Part shown: positions 30,801-39,291 of the stretch, piece by piece | How positions within the stretch are numbered: position 1 is the first letter of the stretch | How the letters are laid out: every line of letters starts with the position of its first letter | Virus record (IMG/VR): IMGVR_UViG_3300030419_004788 | Coordinates: 58,977-122,976 of that record | Length of the DNA stretch: 64,000 nt | Reading direction: 5' to 3' (one strand) | DNA from: a virus | Position numbers and translations under genes: made by a program | Notes under the pieces: model-generated | The model's database searches: none | Told to the model about the DNA's origin: nothing | What the model saw: the letters and a program-made list of their open reading frames with translations, nothing else

Positions 30801-31980
30801 CAACAACTGCACCGTCACCATTAGGTTTCCATACAACCGTACACCCTTCACCGTTACAATGTCCAACTAGTCCTTCACCTTTTCCTTTTGGAAGGAGTCC
30901 ACTGCTAGAAGAACAATGAAACGAAAATGATTTTACTACTTCTTCATCTTGTTTTAGGAATGGTCTTTTTGACCTTTGACAACAAGAAATTGTTGGTGAT
31001 GTTCCATCTTCCCTTGCAAATGCTTCAAAATTATTGATATAGTTTTCATCTCTTTCTGAATCATAATATTCATCATTTCTGAATTCAAAGAATTCTTCTA
31101 TTTCTTCTTCATCATCTTGTCTTGCACAATGCAATGCAAAGTTTCTTAATAGTTCTGCCACTTCTTCACCAGATAAAGGCTCTGCATCGTCAACATCTAG
31201 ACACTTAGTAGTATAATAATTTGAATCATTAAAGAATCCTATCTTCTCTTTACATTCTATTGCTCCCGGACTTCCACTGGATTCTCCCATCACAATTAAT
31301 TTACCACCAGACTTAACCCACTCGCGAACTTCATCCCAATCACTTTCTGGTGGTGGGACAGTAACAATGTCAGAACCACATAACGGAAATTGGTCTGTGT
31401 TTGGATTTTGAGAACCAAAGTTCTTTCCGATAGCACCAACGAATGCCAATTTATGACAACCAAGATTACCTTCCGCACCAAGAGTACAGTGCATTGTACA
31501 ATCACCTTTTGGTAATAGTGGTCCTTCCCAATTGTCTATCCAATCTGTAAATGCTTGTGGTGACCATGGCAAAAGTCCCATAGGAGAATCGTATTGATAG
31601 AATGTAGATTTTGGAATAATCTTATCATGAAAAGAATACGATTCGTCATTGATGTATTCTGTCCAACAACTATTCCACTCCTCACCACACCCCAACGAAT
31701 AAAAGTCCCAACCTTCTTCTCCATTGTGCCAACACAAATTTCCATAATGTAAATTGTCTGGATGCCCATCACTTTCTTGCAGTCTACCATCCCATTCCTC
31801 ATCACCTTGATTTCGTGTAGGTTGATATGGAGCAAATTCTTCAAAGTCTGTTGCACTAATTGTAGTTGTACCCAATGCACATATGGGACAGTTTGCTCCT
31901 CCACCGTTATAACGATATTCGTTATCCCACTCTTTACAAGGTTTATCTCCGCAACAGCAACATGTTTTATATGTTCTCAT
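27889..31980 (-). CDS. Giant Cys-rich GACC-repeat protein with a GATase-like/DUF4350 (GIFT)-like domain, 1363 aa
   Basis: Begins MRTYKTCCCCGDKPC; EVREWVKSGGKLIVMGE...GAVVVVYDSNVW domain; more than 800 aa of GACC/GSCC repeats. Confidence 0.75.
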   Translation of the reverse strand: MRTYKTCCCCGDKPCKEWDNEYRYNGGGANCPICALGTTTISATDFEEFAPYQPTRNQGDEEWDGRLQESDGHPDNLHYGNLCWHNGEEGWDFYSLGCGEEWNSCWTEYINDESYSFHDKIIPKSTFYQYDSPMGLLPWSPQAFTDWIDNWEGPLLPKGDCTMHCTLGAEGNLGCHKLAFVGAIGKNFGSQNPNTDQFPLCGSDIVTVPPPESDWDEVREWVKSGGKLIVMGESSGSPGAIECKEKIGFFNDSNYYTTKCLDVDDAEPLSGEEVAELLRNFALHCARQDDEEEIEEFFEFRNDEYYDSERDENYINNFEAFAREDGTSPTISCCQRSKRPFLKQDEEVVKSFSFHCSSSSGLLPKGKGEGLVGHCNGEGCTVVWKPNGDGAVVVVYDSNVWGATNSQIPMWWWEQETLHPEIQLDAETLKLRACNSDFWRFMCDDFLDGEMPNYSCTESDSYWDNKAPDNYTSENPCLPTAPCCLPNGECLDDVTVWECFGYEDDNGNRLPGIWWGPEEVHPSGIGSCDLTCADITCDEQDKKLCCSLAEGCSANSLTDPNCCLSEGKGFDGGNLVYKYECCRIAQENGYEPSDVENMWTLSADESDGGNCDACYITGVCCNWPNDGCNNNVRKHLCVKNSGEANFHEDVICEDNENICDPVGACCFEESDECFDELTESDCVSSTGSWRGPDTVCGDGSICEFEVGACCYDEGNCLELTLLACEGSGGYYQGDGVSCQDAECEEPSEGWACCFPYGETCQQCIDTITQQGCDKYEGDWQEGYKCENNPCDTSECEGGACCIGLDAGASPECDNTGEFGCCCVYANSYEECMLKGVGPQDGIATNTFHEGISCDEVDCCGSCCCIDGNQSQCLSSCDMMSNWLCEVYIAGQGQCEGTVVWHSCEDCACGEDCNVDESINCLDFGSCCISECFDKVGKPITCVGQCEDVVSQDDCEDKDENGTKTVYYNQGRLCEDTNCNPGYCCHDDCKDDYCCKDCSFENECLDDLLGISWNEYDCLADDYPDPTCYDTNNSICDPDQTGACCIDVDEFCSPGPCFGNCGDGYTEDDCIKNYSGVFLGVGSVCDTGGFAQYQCVYPKGTCCNQDATSMTACEIQGIPNPCRGCECIGDFWCVEPYCDAVDDGYWLPYIPDNQSCCEYCNFDCDVDIGACCLDNCGHCMEIGLLQCQLLGGDFQGSGTSCSDFCTWRGACCWQQSNDDYIRCTDYLTQAECQNQSDIDDGWMWWPAWRGPCVSCAQVPCMINCCGVYCGDCFVQEFSGEVCLNECAGSDGDWSWYNPDDSTWGQCGDFYWEQKNGCGWSPLVGLTDDDDYDEPSNGERDCRQECIDAGCECNCLNTRNGIVCL

Positions 31981-31996
31981 AATATAAGTATACTAA

Positions 31997-34168
31997 TTAA
32001 GAAAGACACCCGCACAATCCATCGTGTGCATTTGGAACATCGAAGAAATATATGTCTTTCGGAATAGTTGGGTCTGGGTCACCCAATGGGTCTTCTTCGT
32101 TTGGAGCAATTGTTCCCTTTACAACTTCTCCGTCTTCATTTAATTCTCCTAGCATATAATTAGGAATTCTATACATTTGTACAATATGGCGTTGCATGGT
32201 CCAAGGTCCATCCATTATATCGTTCTCGTTACTTTGTAAATCGCATGGGTCGTCCAATATATCAGCATCATCTGCAACTTGAAAATATCCACCTACTGGC
32301 ATCATTTGATATGATTCGGGATAATCATTATATTCTAAATCAGCAACATTAATACCAGGACCAACATTAACATTAGTACCGTCTGTTGTGTTCATTAATT
32401 CGTTTAAGTTATAAGCAGGGTTTGTCCATTCCTCACCTTCTGGGTTTGCTCCTCTAAATGTTCCTGCTAGACCTTGACCTTCAGGCGGTATAACAATTTT
32501 TACTGGTGAACCTTCTGGACTAATGTCTGTACCTATATAGTTTTCCTCGTCCACATGGTCACTAGGCCATATCTCAACTTCTCTCCAAGAATATTCGTAG
32601 ATTCCGCCCCTGTCATCTGGTGTAACCTTTTTTGCATCTTCAATAACTGCAAGAAACACAAAAGGTTTAATAGTTTGTTTATCACAACAAATCGAGTGTC
32701 TGTACACATTAAACTTTTCTTTAAGGTTTATTAATTGTAAATGTTCTTTAAAGTTTTCAGATGTTGGGACTTTAACATCTTCTTGAATAGTTTTTATTAT
32801 TTTACCCTCAAGGTTTGTTTGGTCGAACATTGTTTGCCAAAGAATATCATTTCTTTTTCCTTGTTTTCCTTCTAGTGCGGCAGAACCGAGAAAATCATAA
32901 GACTTATCCCCGTAGTAATTATATGGAGAATCAAAATATCCATACAGCCCAGTATGGTCATGTTTCCTCACTGACTTTCTTTCTATGTTTACTGGATTGT
33001 CAATGTTTATAGAAGTGTCCACACTTTCAGGTATAATTTTAAATCTTTCAACTCGTCCACCGTCCTCATTGTCCCCCCAATTTTCTTCTACATCTCGATG
33101 GTAATCATATGTAATAATTTCTCTACCACCCCAATCAGTTGATAGCGGATGCGTATGCATTGTAGTGAAATCTAAATAATCAAAATATGGGTCATTATAA
33201 TTTGGTTTAATTCTTTCATAATATGCTGTATATGCACCACTCTTAAAAAGATTCAAATGGTCATATTCACTGATAGTTATCATTGCACCAATTCTTCTGT
33301 CGGGTTCTCCTTCTTGCATTTTTTCCCAATCTTCTTCATCAGTAATTGCATATTCATTTTTTCCGCCATGGTCCCCACCAAGTAATACACCCTTTTCGTT
33401 AGCATCTAAAATCATTTTCCTAATAGACTTAAAATGCCATCCATCTAAATCCGCATAGAATAAATAATTTGCACCTTTCATGTCTTCATCAATGGAATTT
33501 TCTGAAAGGTTATTGAGAAGTTGCATAAGATTTGGTGGATGAACATCCTTACCCCAAGGATACATACTTTGATTCTTTTTCAACCATATCCAGTTGTGTG
33601 TAGGGTCGATTTCCATTTCCTTTTGGGCAAAACTAAAATCACTTACTCCAGGATTTAAATATTTCCCTGCTAACTCATTTACTAAACCATCATCGCCAGC
33701 AATTTTACCAATAAAATCTTTATCCATATAATCTAGATTATCCCAATCTAAGATATAACTTTCACAAGATACAAATTCCACTTCCCATCCTGCTCCAGGT
33801 CTAGCACTTGGTCCAGATGTTGCTTCTAATGCATCATCACCAAGTGGTCTTACATCATTCACACAAAAAGTTAATTCATGTCTTGAATCTTCTATCAGTG
33901 GAGATTCTATCACAATGTCAATAAATTCGTTACCTGTCATGTTGAAATAGTCACCAACAGAAGAAGGTTCTTTGAATTTTAAAGTTCCACTTATACCACT
34001 CGAAAATATACTTTCATTTATCTGTAGACTGACAAAGATTTCTTCCATCACACCATCTTGTACTTCAGCGGGTAAAACTTTAAGTTCTGTTTCACTTCTT
34101 ACATTTCGTAAAACTATCTTTTCGACATTAATATCTGATGATGTTTGTTTTTCGTTGTCTGGGGGCAT
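31997..34168 (-). CDS. gp27-like baseplate hub, N-terminal part plus an appended domain, 723 aa
   Basis: LQINESIFSSGISGTLKFKE...MTGNEFIDIVIESP and YLFYADLDGWHFKSI hub motifs; follows gp53; ends YFFDVPNAHDGLCGCLS without the hub C-terminal motif. Confidence 0.7.
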   Translation of the reverse strand: MPPDNEKQTSSDINVEKIVLRNVRSETELKVLPAEVQDGVMEEIFVSLQINESIFSSGISGTLKFKEPSSVGDYFNMTGNEFIDIVIESPLIEDSRHELTFCVNDVRPLGDDALEATSGPSARPGAGWEVEFVSCESYILDWDNLDYMDKDFIGKIAGDDGLVNELAGKYLNPGVSDFSFAQKEMEIDPTHNWIWLKKNQSMYPWGKDVHPPNLMQLLNNLSENSIDEDMKGANYLFYADLDGWHFKSIRKMILDANEKGVLLGGDHGGKNEYAITDEEDWEKMQEGEPDRRIGAMITISEYDHLNLFKSGAYTAYYERIKPNYNDPYFDYLDFTTMHTHPLSTDWGGREIITYDYHRDVEENWGDNEDGGRVERFKIIPESVDTSINIDNPVNIERKSVRKHDHTGLYGYFDSPYNYYGDKSYDFLGSAALEGKQGKRNDILWQTMFDQTNLEGKIIKTIQEDVKVPTSENFKEHLQLINLKEKFNVYRHSICCDKQTIKPFVFLAVIEDAKKVTPDDRGGIYEYSWREVEIWPSDHVDEENYIGTDISPEGSPVKIVIPPEGQGLAGTFRGANPEGEEWTNPAYNLNELMNTTDGTNVNVGPGINVADLEYNDYPESYQMMPVGGYFQVADDADILDDPCDLQSNENDIMDGPWTMQRHIVQMYRIPNYMLGELNEDGEVVKGTIAPNEEDPLGDPDPTIPKDIYFFDVPNAHDGLCGCLS

Positions 34169-34190
34169 TGCTATTCACCTTTAATAATCA

Positions 34191-35195
34191 TTACGAGTAA
34201 GTTATAATTTTGGTAGTACCTCTAGGAACATTTCCTTTTAATAGTGTGGTTATTTCTGAGGATACTTGTCCTGCTAAGTTTGGAGATAATAGTTTAATTG
34301 TTCTACTTCTATCATTATCATATACAATTTCTTCTTCAACGGTAACTATAGAAACTGCTTCTGGTAATGATGCTCCTGTCATATATTTATAGAGTAAAGT
34401 TCCAGTCAAGCCACACATATTACGGAATTGAAAATAATCAGCAGTTAGTCCATCATTGGTATAGGGATTTAAATCATTTACTAATTCTCCAGTTCTGTAT
34501 GAAAATCTAGAAACTGCTTCTTTGATAGAAGTTTTCTTTTGTACCTTTGCAAATGTTGCACCTGCGGTTGCACACAATGGAGCGGCATCTGAATCAGGAG
34601 CAGTAAATACAGTACAACCTGTAGCAGTCACATTTTGTCTAAAGCATCCTGTTTCACCAAATCCTTCTGTTAATGGGTTTGTCCACTGTCCTTGTCCGTC
34701 TAATCCAAATGCACATATTTCATCTCCTGTAGAAATAGTTCCTTTCTTTTGTTTCACATCTATCCTATGAAAAATTTTATCATATGAGTCTACTACTCCA
34801 AAATGGTCTATATCAATCCCTCCAGTTTTAGTTGTATCTCTTTTGACTACTATATCTCCAGGACCGATGACTAAATCTTCTAATACAAAATAACTATCTC
34901 CATTTAAAAAGTTATTAAATAATGATTTTATTTGAGATTGAGATTTAGGCCATTCTGTTTGTACATCAACTATATTATTTGACAATAAAACTAACCACCA
35001 ATAATTTGAACTCCCATAAAAAATTCTTGCAACATCATCTGGTCTTGCTCCTTCTGGAACTAAAAACTCCTCAAAGTTTTTAGCATCTGCAAGGGTTTTA
35101 TCTGTAAATTTTACCCTACTAAATATGTCCTGCATTTCCAATTCTGGAATACCAGGAAAATTGTAATTTAACTGTTGCATCTTTTCAAAATACAT
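34191..35195 (-). CDS. gp53: Baseplate wedge protein gp53 (LysM-like)
   Basis: MYFEKMQQLNY...GARPDDVARIFYGSSNYWWLVLLSNNIVD; start re-set to 35195. Confidence 0.85.
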   Translation of the reverse strand: MYFEKMQQLNYNFPGIPELEMQDIFSRVKFTDKTLADAKNFEEFLVPEGARPDDVARIFYGSSNYWWLVLLSNNIVDVQTEWPKSQSQIKSLFNNFLNGDSYFVLEDLVIGPGDIVVKRDTTKTGGIDIDHFGVVDSYDKIFHRIDVKQKKGTISTGDEICAFGLDGQGQWTNPLTEGFGETGCFRQNVTATGCTVFTAPDSDAAPLCATAGATFAKVQKKTSIKEAVSRFSYRTGELVNDLNPYTNDGLTADYFQFRNMCGLTGTLLYKYMTGASLPEAVSIVTVEEEIVYDNDRSRTIKLLSPNLAGQVSSEITTLLKGNVPRGTTKIITYS

Positions 35196-35197
35196 TA

Positions 35198-36016
35198 TTA
35201 ATCTCCACCTCTGGCAGCACCACTTCGCAACTGACTTCTTGATTGTATAAATGCTCCAGTATTGATTGCTGGTTCTAGTTCTTGGAATTGCAAGGTAAGT
35301 CCTGTAGCGGCAGGCCATCCACCAGAAACTCTATGTAATGAACCTTGTGCTGTAGTAACTTTTACATTTGCTAATACACTTGGTAATGGCTCCATGTCCC
35401 ATCTGACTCCTTGACCTTCTGAAAAGTCAAAAGCAGAAATGTGCCACACAGGAGGATGAATAACTCTTGAGTATTGTTCATATCCAGATGCCATAGGAAA
35501 TGCTAATGCTTGAAATGCCATGACAATATCATGAATCTTTTGTCCTTGTTCAGAATTTTTTGGTATCAGTGTCCAAGAATAACTATGATTTCTAAAGTTC
35601 GCACCTTGAAATATACTATCTCTTTCATCCATTGGTCTTTGTCCATAAAGAGCAGAAAACCCTAACATATCCTTTGCCCAAGAAACAGCACCAAATCCAG
35701 TTTTAAGTGATTCCCACCAACCACCAGGCGTCATGTCCCACAAACCACCAGTAGTTTCCGATTGTCCAGTACCATAATTTATTGCATTGTCCACTCCAAC
35801 ATTTAAAGGCAAAGGTAAAGTTATATCAGCAAATTTACCAACACCAGCATTTTCTCTAATTGCTTGTTTGTTTGTATATGGGTCTGCCAAAAAATTAATA
35901 CTTACTGGAATTTTTAATCCATTATTTGAGGGGTCTGCGCCAAAATCTTCTTCACTTGGAAATGTTAATTCTCCGTGACTAAAATCCGTTCCCATACCAT
36001 GAAATTCTTCTGCCAT
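35198..36016 (-). CDS. gp48: Baseplate tail-tube cap gp48-like
   Basis: ITLPLP...YG; FQGANFRNHSYSWTLIPKNSEQGQKIHDIVMAF; LQFQELEP. Confidence 0.8.
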   Translation of the reverse strand: MAEEFHGMGTDFSHGELTFPSEEDFGADPSNNGLKIPVSINFLADPYTNKQAIRENAGVGKFADITLPLPLNVGVDNAINYGTGQSETTGGLWDMTPGGWWESLKTGFGAVSWAKDMLGFSALYGQRPMDERDSIFQGANFRNHSYSWTLIPKNSEQGQKIHDIVMAFQALAFPMASGYEQYSRVIHPPVWHISAFDFSEGQGVRWDMEPLPSVLANVKVTTAQGSLHRVSGGWPAATGLTLQFQELEPAINTGAFIQSRSQLRSGAARGGD

Positions 36017-36063
36017 GCTAATGCTCTCCTGTATAATATATATCTAAAGAAAAGATATAATAT

Positions 36064-36498
36064 ATGGCATATAAAACAAAATATAAAACAATAAATCCAT
36101 CAAAATATATAGGAAACCCAACAAACATAATATGCCGCTCTCTGTGGGAAAGGAGAGTGTGTAAATACCTAGACTATAACAAAAATGTTATTAGGTGGGG
36201 CAGTGAAGAAGTAATAATCCCATATTATTCTCCAGTGGACAAGAAGAATCATAGATACTTTCCAGATTTCATCGCAGAAATAAAAACCAATGATGGTGAT
36301 ATAAAAACCTATATCATAGAGGTTAAACCCAAAAAGCAAACTATCCCACCACCAAAGAAAAAGAAATCAACTAGGTCATATATTAAAGAATGTTTAACCT
36401 ATAGTGTAAACGAAGCAAAATGGAAATCTGCTAAAAAATATTGTAAACAAAAAGGCTGGAATTTTATTATTTTGACAGAAGATACCATATTACCTTAA
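36064..36498 (+). CDS. gp4: Head completion protein gp4 (TnsA-like nuclease fold)
   Basis: MAYKTKY...NPSKYIGNPTNIICRSLWERRVCKYLD...WGSEE..IPY.SPVD...HRYFPDF...IEVKP. Confidence 0.9.
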   Translation: MAYKTKYKTINPSKYIGNPTNIICRSLWERRVCKYLDYNKNVIRWGSEEVIIPYYSPVDKKNHRYFPDFIAEIKTNDGDIKTYIIEVKPKKQTIPPPKKKKSTRSYIKECLTYSVNEAKWKSAKKYCKQKGWNFIILTEDTILP

Positions 36499-36530
36499 AT
36501 TTGTTATAAATATTATAGAGAAAAATAAAC

Positions 36531-37088
36531 ATGGCAAACGAAGCATCAATAGATTATTTCAAAGAAAACTTTCTTAAATACGGATTAGCAAAACCCTCTA
36601 GATATAGGGTTGAATTTGCTAATGTGCAAGATGGTGGTCGTTCTCAATCAAGGCAGGATATTATGCCGGCAGAAACAGTCACCCTACCCACAAGAAGTTT
36701 TATTGTACTTGATGAACAATGGTTTGGTCCAAAAAGAGATATTCCTGTTGGTAACAATTATGCTGGAGATGTAGTTATTTCGTTTCCTGTATCTGCTGAC
36801 CAAACAGAAAGAACATTCTTTGAGGGTTGGATGGACGAAATAGTTCCACCGCATATGGGGGTAGCAGGTGGTGATGGTGAACAACATAATTGGTTGAGTA
36901 CCATTGCAAGCAGTACAACTATGAAGATAAAAACACTCAATGAATTAAATGAAGTAACTTCAACCTACACCCTACACGAAGCCTACCCCAACAATATATT
37001 TCCTATATCGTTGGGAGCAAGTATGTTTAATGATTATACAAGATTACAAGTTTCGTTTAGATATAGGTCTTATACCTATGAGATATAA
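36531..37088 (+). CDS. Tail tube gp19/gp54-like protein
   Basis: GLAKPSRYRVEF...AETVTLP...FFEGWMDEI...YTLHEAYP...LQVSFRYR; TATAAATA at 36505-36512. Confidence 0.8.
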   Translation: MANEASIDYFKENFLKYGLAKPSRYRVEFANVQDGGRSQSRQDIMPAETVTLPTRSFIVLDEQWFGPKRDIPVGNNYAGDVVISFPVSADQTERTFFEGWMDEIVPPHMGVAGGDGEQHNWLSTIASSTTMKIKTLNELNEVTSTYTLHEAYPNNIFPISLGASMFNDYTRLQVSFRYRSYTYEI

Positions 37089-37111
37089 ATATAATAAAAG
37101 TGAGGTAAATA

Positions 37112-37831
37112 ATGAACAAATTGTCAAATTTATTATTGTCAGACATTCCAAAATATGAAGTAATTCTTCCATCATCTGGTGATAGAAAATCTTTTAGACC
37201 ATTTTTAGTAAAAGAAGAAAAAATACTCCTTCTTGCTCAACAATCTGGCGAAGATTCTTCTATGATTAGAGCAATAAAAAATATTATTGAATCGTGTGTA
37301 GATGGTGTAGAAGATGCAGGGTCATTGCCACTATTTGATGTAGAGTACATATTCCTACAAATAAGAGCAAAATCTGTTGGTGAAGGAATCGAACCAACAA
37401 TTGTATGTCCTGTTACAGAAGAAAACATACAAGTAAAGATACTAATACCAGATATAGAAATAATAAAAGATAAAAACCACACAAACGAAATAAAAATAAG
37501 CAAAGAAATTATACTTAAAATGAGATATCCGTCATTAAATGATTTAGATAACAGGGATGGAGTTATTAATTATGAAGACCCTTCTTCTTTCTATGATTTA
37601 ATTTCTGATTGTATAGTTTCTATACAAACAACTAGTGGAATAGTCGATGCTTCGACTTTACCAAGAGAGGAAATATTAGAATTTGTTGACAATATGACAA
37701 AAACTCAATTTGAAAAGTTATTGGATTTCTTTTTAACCGCTCCTAAAATAGAACATAAAGTTTTATATACTGCTTCTGATGATGTTGAAAGAGAGGTGTT
37801 GCTCTCTGGGTTATCGGATTTTTTCGGCTAG
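37112..37831 (+). CDS. gp26: Baseplate hub assembly protein gp26
   Basis: PKYEVILPSSG...FRPFLVKEEKILLLA...LPLFDVEYIFLQIRAKSVGE...LKMRYPS...GLSDFF; TATAAATA at 37084-37091. Confidence 0.9.
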   Translation: MNKLSNLLLSDIPKYEVILPSSGDRKSFRPFLVKEEKILLLAQQSGEDSSMIRAIKNIIESCVDGVEDAGSLPLFDVEYIFLQIRAKSVGEGIEPTIVCPVTEENIQVKILIPDIEIIKDKNHTNEIKISKEIILKMRYPSLNDLDNRDGVINYEDPSSFYDLISDCIVSIQTTSGIVDASTLPREEILEFVDNMTKTQFEKLLDFFLTAPKIEHKVLYTASDDVEREVLLSGLSDFFG

Positions 37832-37849
37832 GGCTCAGTCATTTGAGTC
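37819..37849 (+). promoter_or_regulatory. Putative -1 programmed ribosomal frameshift signal (U UUU UUC plus downstream hairpin)
   Basis: T TTT TTC in the gp26 reading phase at 37819-37825; 6 nt spacer; GGCTCA-GTCATT-TGAGTC hairpin at 37832-37849; the -1 frame is open into gp51. Confidence 0.65.
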
Positions 37850-38055
37850 TTAAAGATTATTATCAAACTACATTTCAGATGGTACAACACCACAAATATA
37901 GTTTATCTGAATTAGAAAATCTTTTACCTTGGGAAAGAGATGTGTATCTGGCTCAGTTAATTGAATATATAGAGGTAGAGAATGAAAAAATAAAATTAGC
38001 GTATATTGAAGAACAAAGAGCAGAATCAATTAGACAAAACAATCCATTTGGGTAG
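37843..38055 (+). CDS. gp51: Baseplate hub assembly catalyst gp51 (possibly expressed as a gp26-gp51 frameshift fusion)
   Basis: SLKDYYQTTFQMVQHHKYSLSELENLLPWERDVYLAQL; only a TTG start with no RBS. Confidence 0.85.
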   Translation: MSLKDYYQTTFQMVQHHKYSLSELENLLPWERDVYLAQLIEYIEVENEKIKLAYIEEQRAESIRQNNPFG

Positions 38056-38059
38056 ATAA

Positions 38060-39241
38060 ATGAAGAATAAAAAGAAAATTAAAGAATCTATTTTTTCCCA
38101 TTTCAACAAAAGAAAAGGTAAAAAGGCTGTGGACATACTTCCAAAGGATGTAACTCCAGTACCTCAAATTATAGAACCTATTAGAAAAGAAAAAGAAAAG
38201 AAATCAGAAAAGAAAAAGAAGAATTATATTCCTCAAGAATTGAACGAAACAATATTAAAATTAAGCAAAAAAATAGATTTCATTTCCAAACAACCAAAGG
38301 ATTATCTTAATATAAAAACAATAGAAAAGCATTATAATAAAGATACAAACAATAAAACAATAGAAAAGCATTATAATAAAGATACAAACAATAAAACAAC
38401 AGAAAAGCATTATAATAACACACAAGAAAAACAAAGAATAATCAATATTCCAAAGGAAATTAAAATTCCTACTATTATAAATCCACCATCAACAAAAGAA
38501 AAGGGTTTAAATAATAAAAATGTAGAATTAAAAGAAACCAAAATAGAAAATATACACAAAAATATCAATAAAATACTATTTCAAAATTCTAAAAATGAAA
38601 ATAAACACTTAAAGACCGATATAAGAAACAATAAACATATAAAAATACCAACAATAACTAACAAAACAGAAAATCCCTTCTCGTTTGTTGTAAATAAAAC
38701 TAATATGCCAAATAAGGTAATATCAAAGGTATTAAATTCACACACAGATACCAATAATAAAAATATAACCAAAAAATCTTATTCTATAGACAAATCTACA
38801 GTAAATAAGATATTATCTGGTAAGGTACAAGTCCCAAAAACCATACCTGCATACCAATATGGTGGACCAGTACAATCTTCTTTTGGTGGTAAGTTGGTTC
38901 TTGCAGGGGAAGCAGGGGAAAATGAAGTTATTGTGCCAAACTCGAAAATCAAAACTGTGTCAAGAGAAGCACTACCAAACGCAATAAACAAAACAGACAA
39001 AACAATGTCATCGATTGCTTCAGAAACAATGATGCAAAATGCGGCACTAAAAACAGATAAAATTTCAGAAAGACCAAAAACAGAATCTGCACAACAATCA
39101 CCGTCTGTAGTGGTTCAAAATAATACATCAAGTGGTGGTAATGGGGGTGCTTCTATAGGCGGTGGTGGCGGTTCTACAAAAGCAACCACTGCAATTGGAA
39201 TTCAAACCCAATACCCAATTTGGCGTAGAGGACTTGGTTAA
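38060..39241 (+). CDS. Lys/Asn-rich low-complexity protein at the tape-measure position, 393 aa
   Basis: Follows gp26/gp51; C-terminal YQYGGPV...LAGEAGENEVIVP motif resembles tape-measure-associated tail proteins. Confidence 0.5.
   Translation: MKNKKKIKESIFSHFNKRKGKKAVDILPKDVTPVPQIIEPIRKEKEKKSEKKKKNYIPQELNETILKLSKKIDFISKQPKDYLNIKTIEKHYNKDTNNKTIEKHYNKDTNNKTTEKHYNNTQEKQRIINIPKEIKIPTIINPPSTKEKGLNNKNVELKETKIENIHKNINKILFQNSKNENKHLKTDIRNNKHIKIPTITNKTENPFSFVVNKTNMPNKVISKVLNSHTDTNNKNITKKSYSIDKSTVNKILSGKVQVPKTIPAYQYGGPVQSSFGGKLVLAGEAGENEVIVPNSKIKTVSREALPNAINKTDKTMSSIASETMMQNAALKTDKISERPKTESAQQSPSVVVQNNTSSGGNGGASIGGGGGSTKATTAIGIQTQYPIWRRGLG
38315..38418 (+). repeat. 39-bp tandem repeat, about 2.7 copies (KTIEKHYNKDTNN)
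   Basis: AAAACAATAGAAAAGCATTATAATAAAGATACAAACAAT repeated in frame. Confidence 0.95.
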
Positions 39242-39242
39242 T

Positions 39243-39276
39243 AAAAAAAGGGAGTCACAAGGACTCCCTCTTTTTT
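39243..39276. terminator. Bidirectional intrinsic terminator
   Basis: A-run, GGGAGTC-ACAAG-GACTCCC, T-run, between convergent genes. Confidence 0.9.
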
Positions 39277-39291
39277 GAAGATTTAGATTAC

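Noticed and set aside
27861-31997. Read-through, frameshift or intron joining the 723, 1363 and 271 aa ORFs into one hub protein
   Set aside because: Each ORF has a clean stop and its own ATG, the 271 aa gene has its own RBS and late promoter, and no slippery site or intron core is visible at the junctions.
38315-38418. CRISPR-like array
   Set aside because: Head-to-tail in-frame 39-bp repeats with no spacers; no CRISPR array or cas gene was seen in the window.
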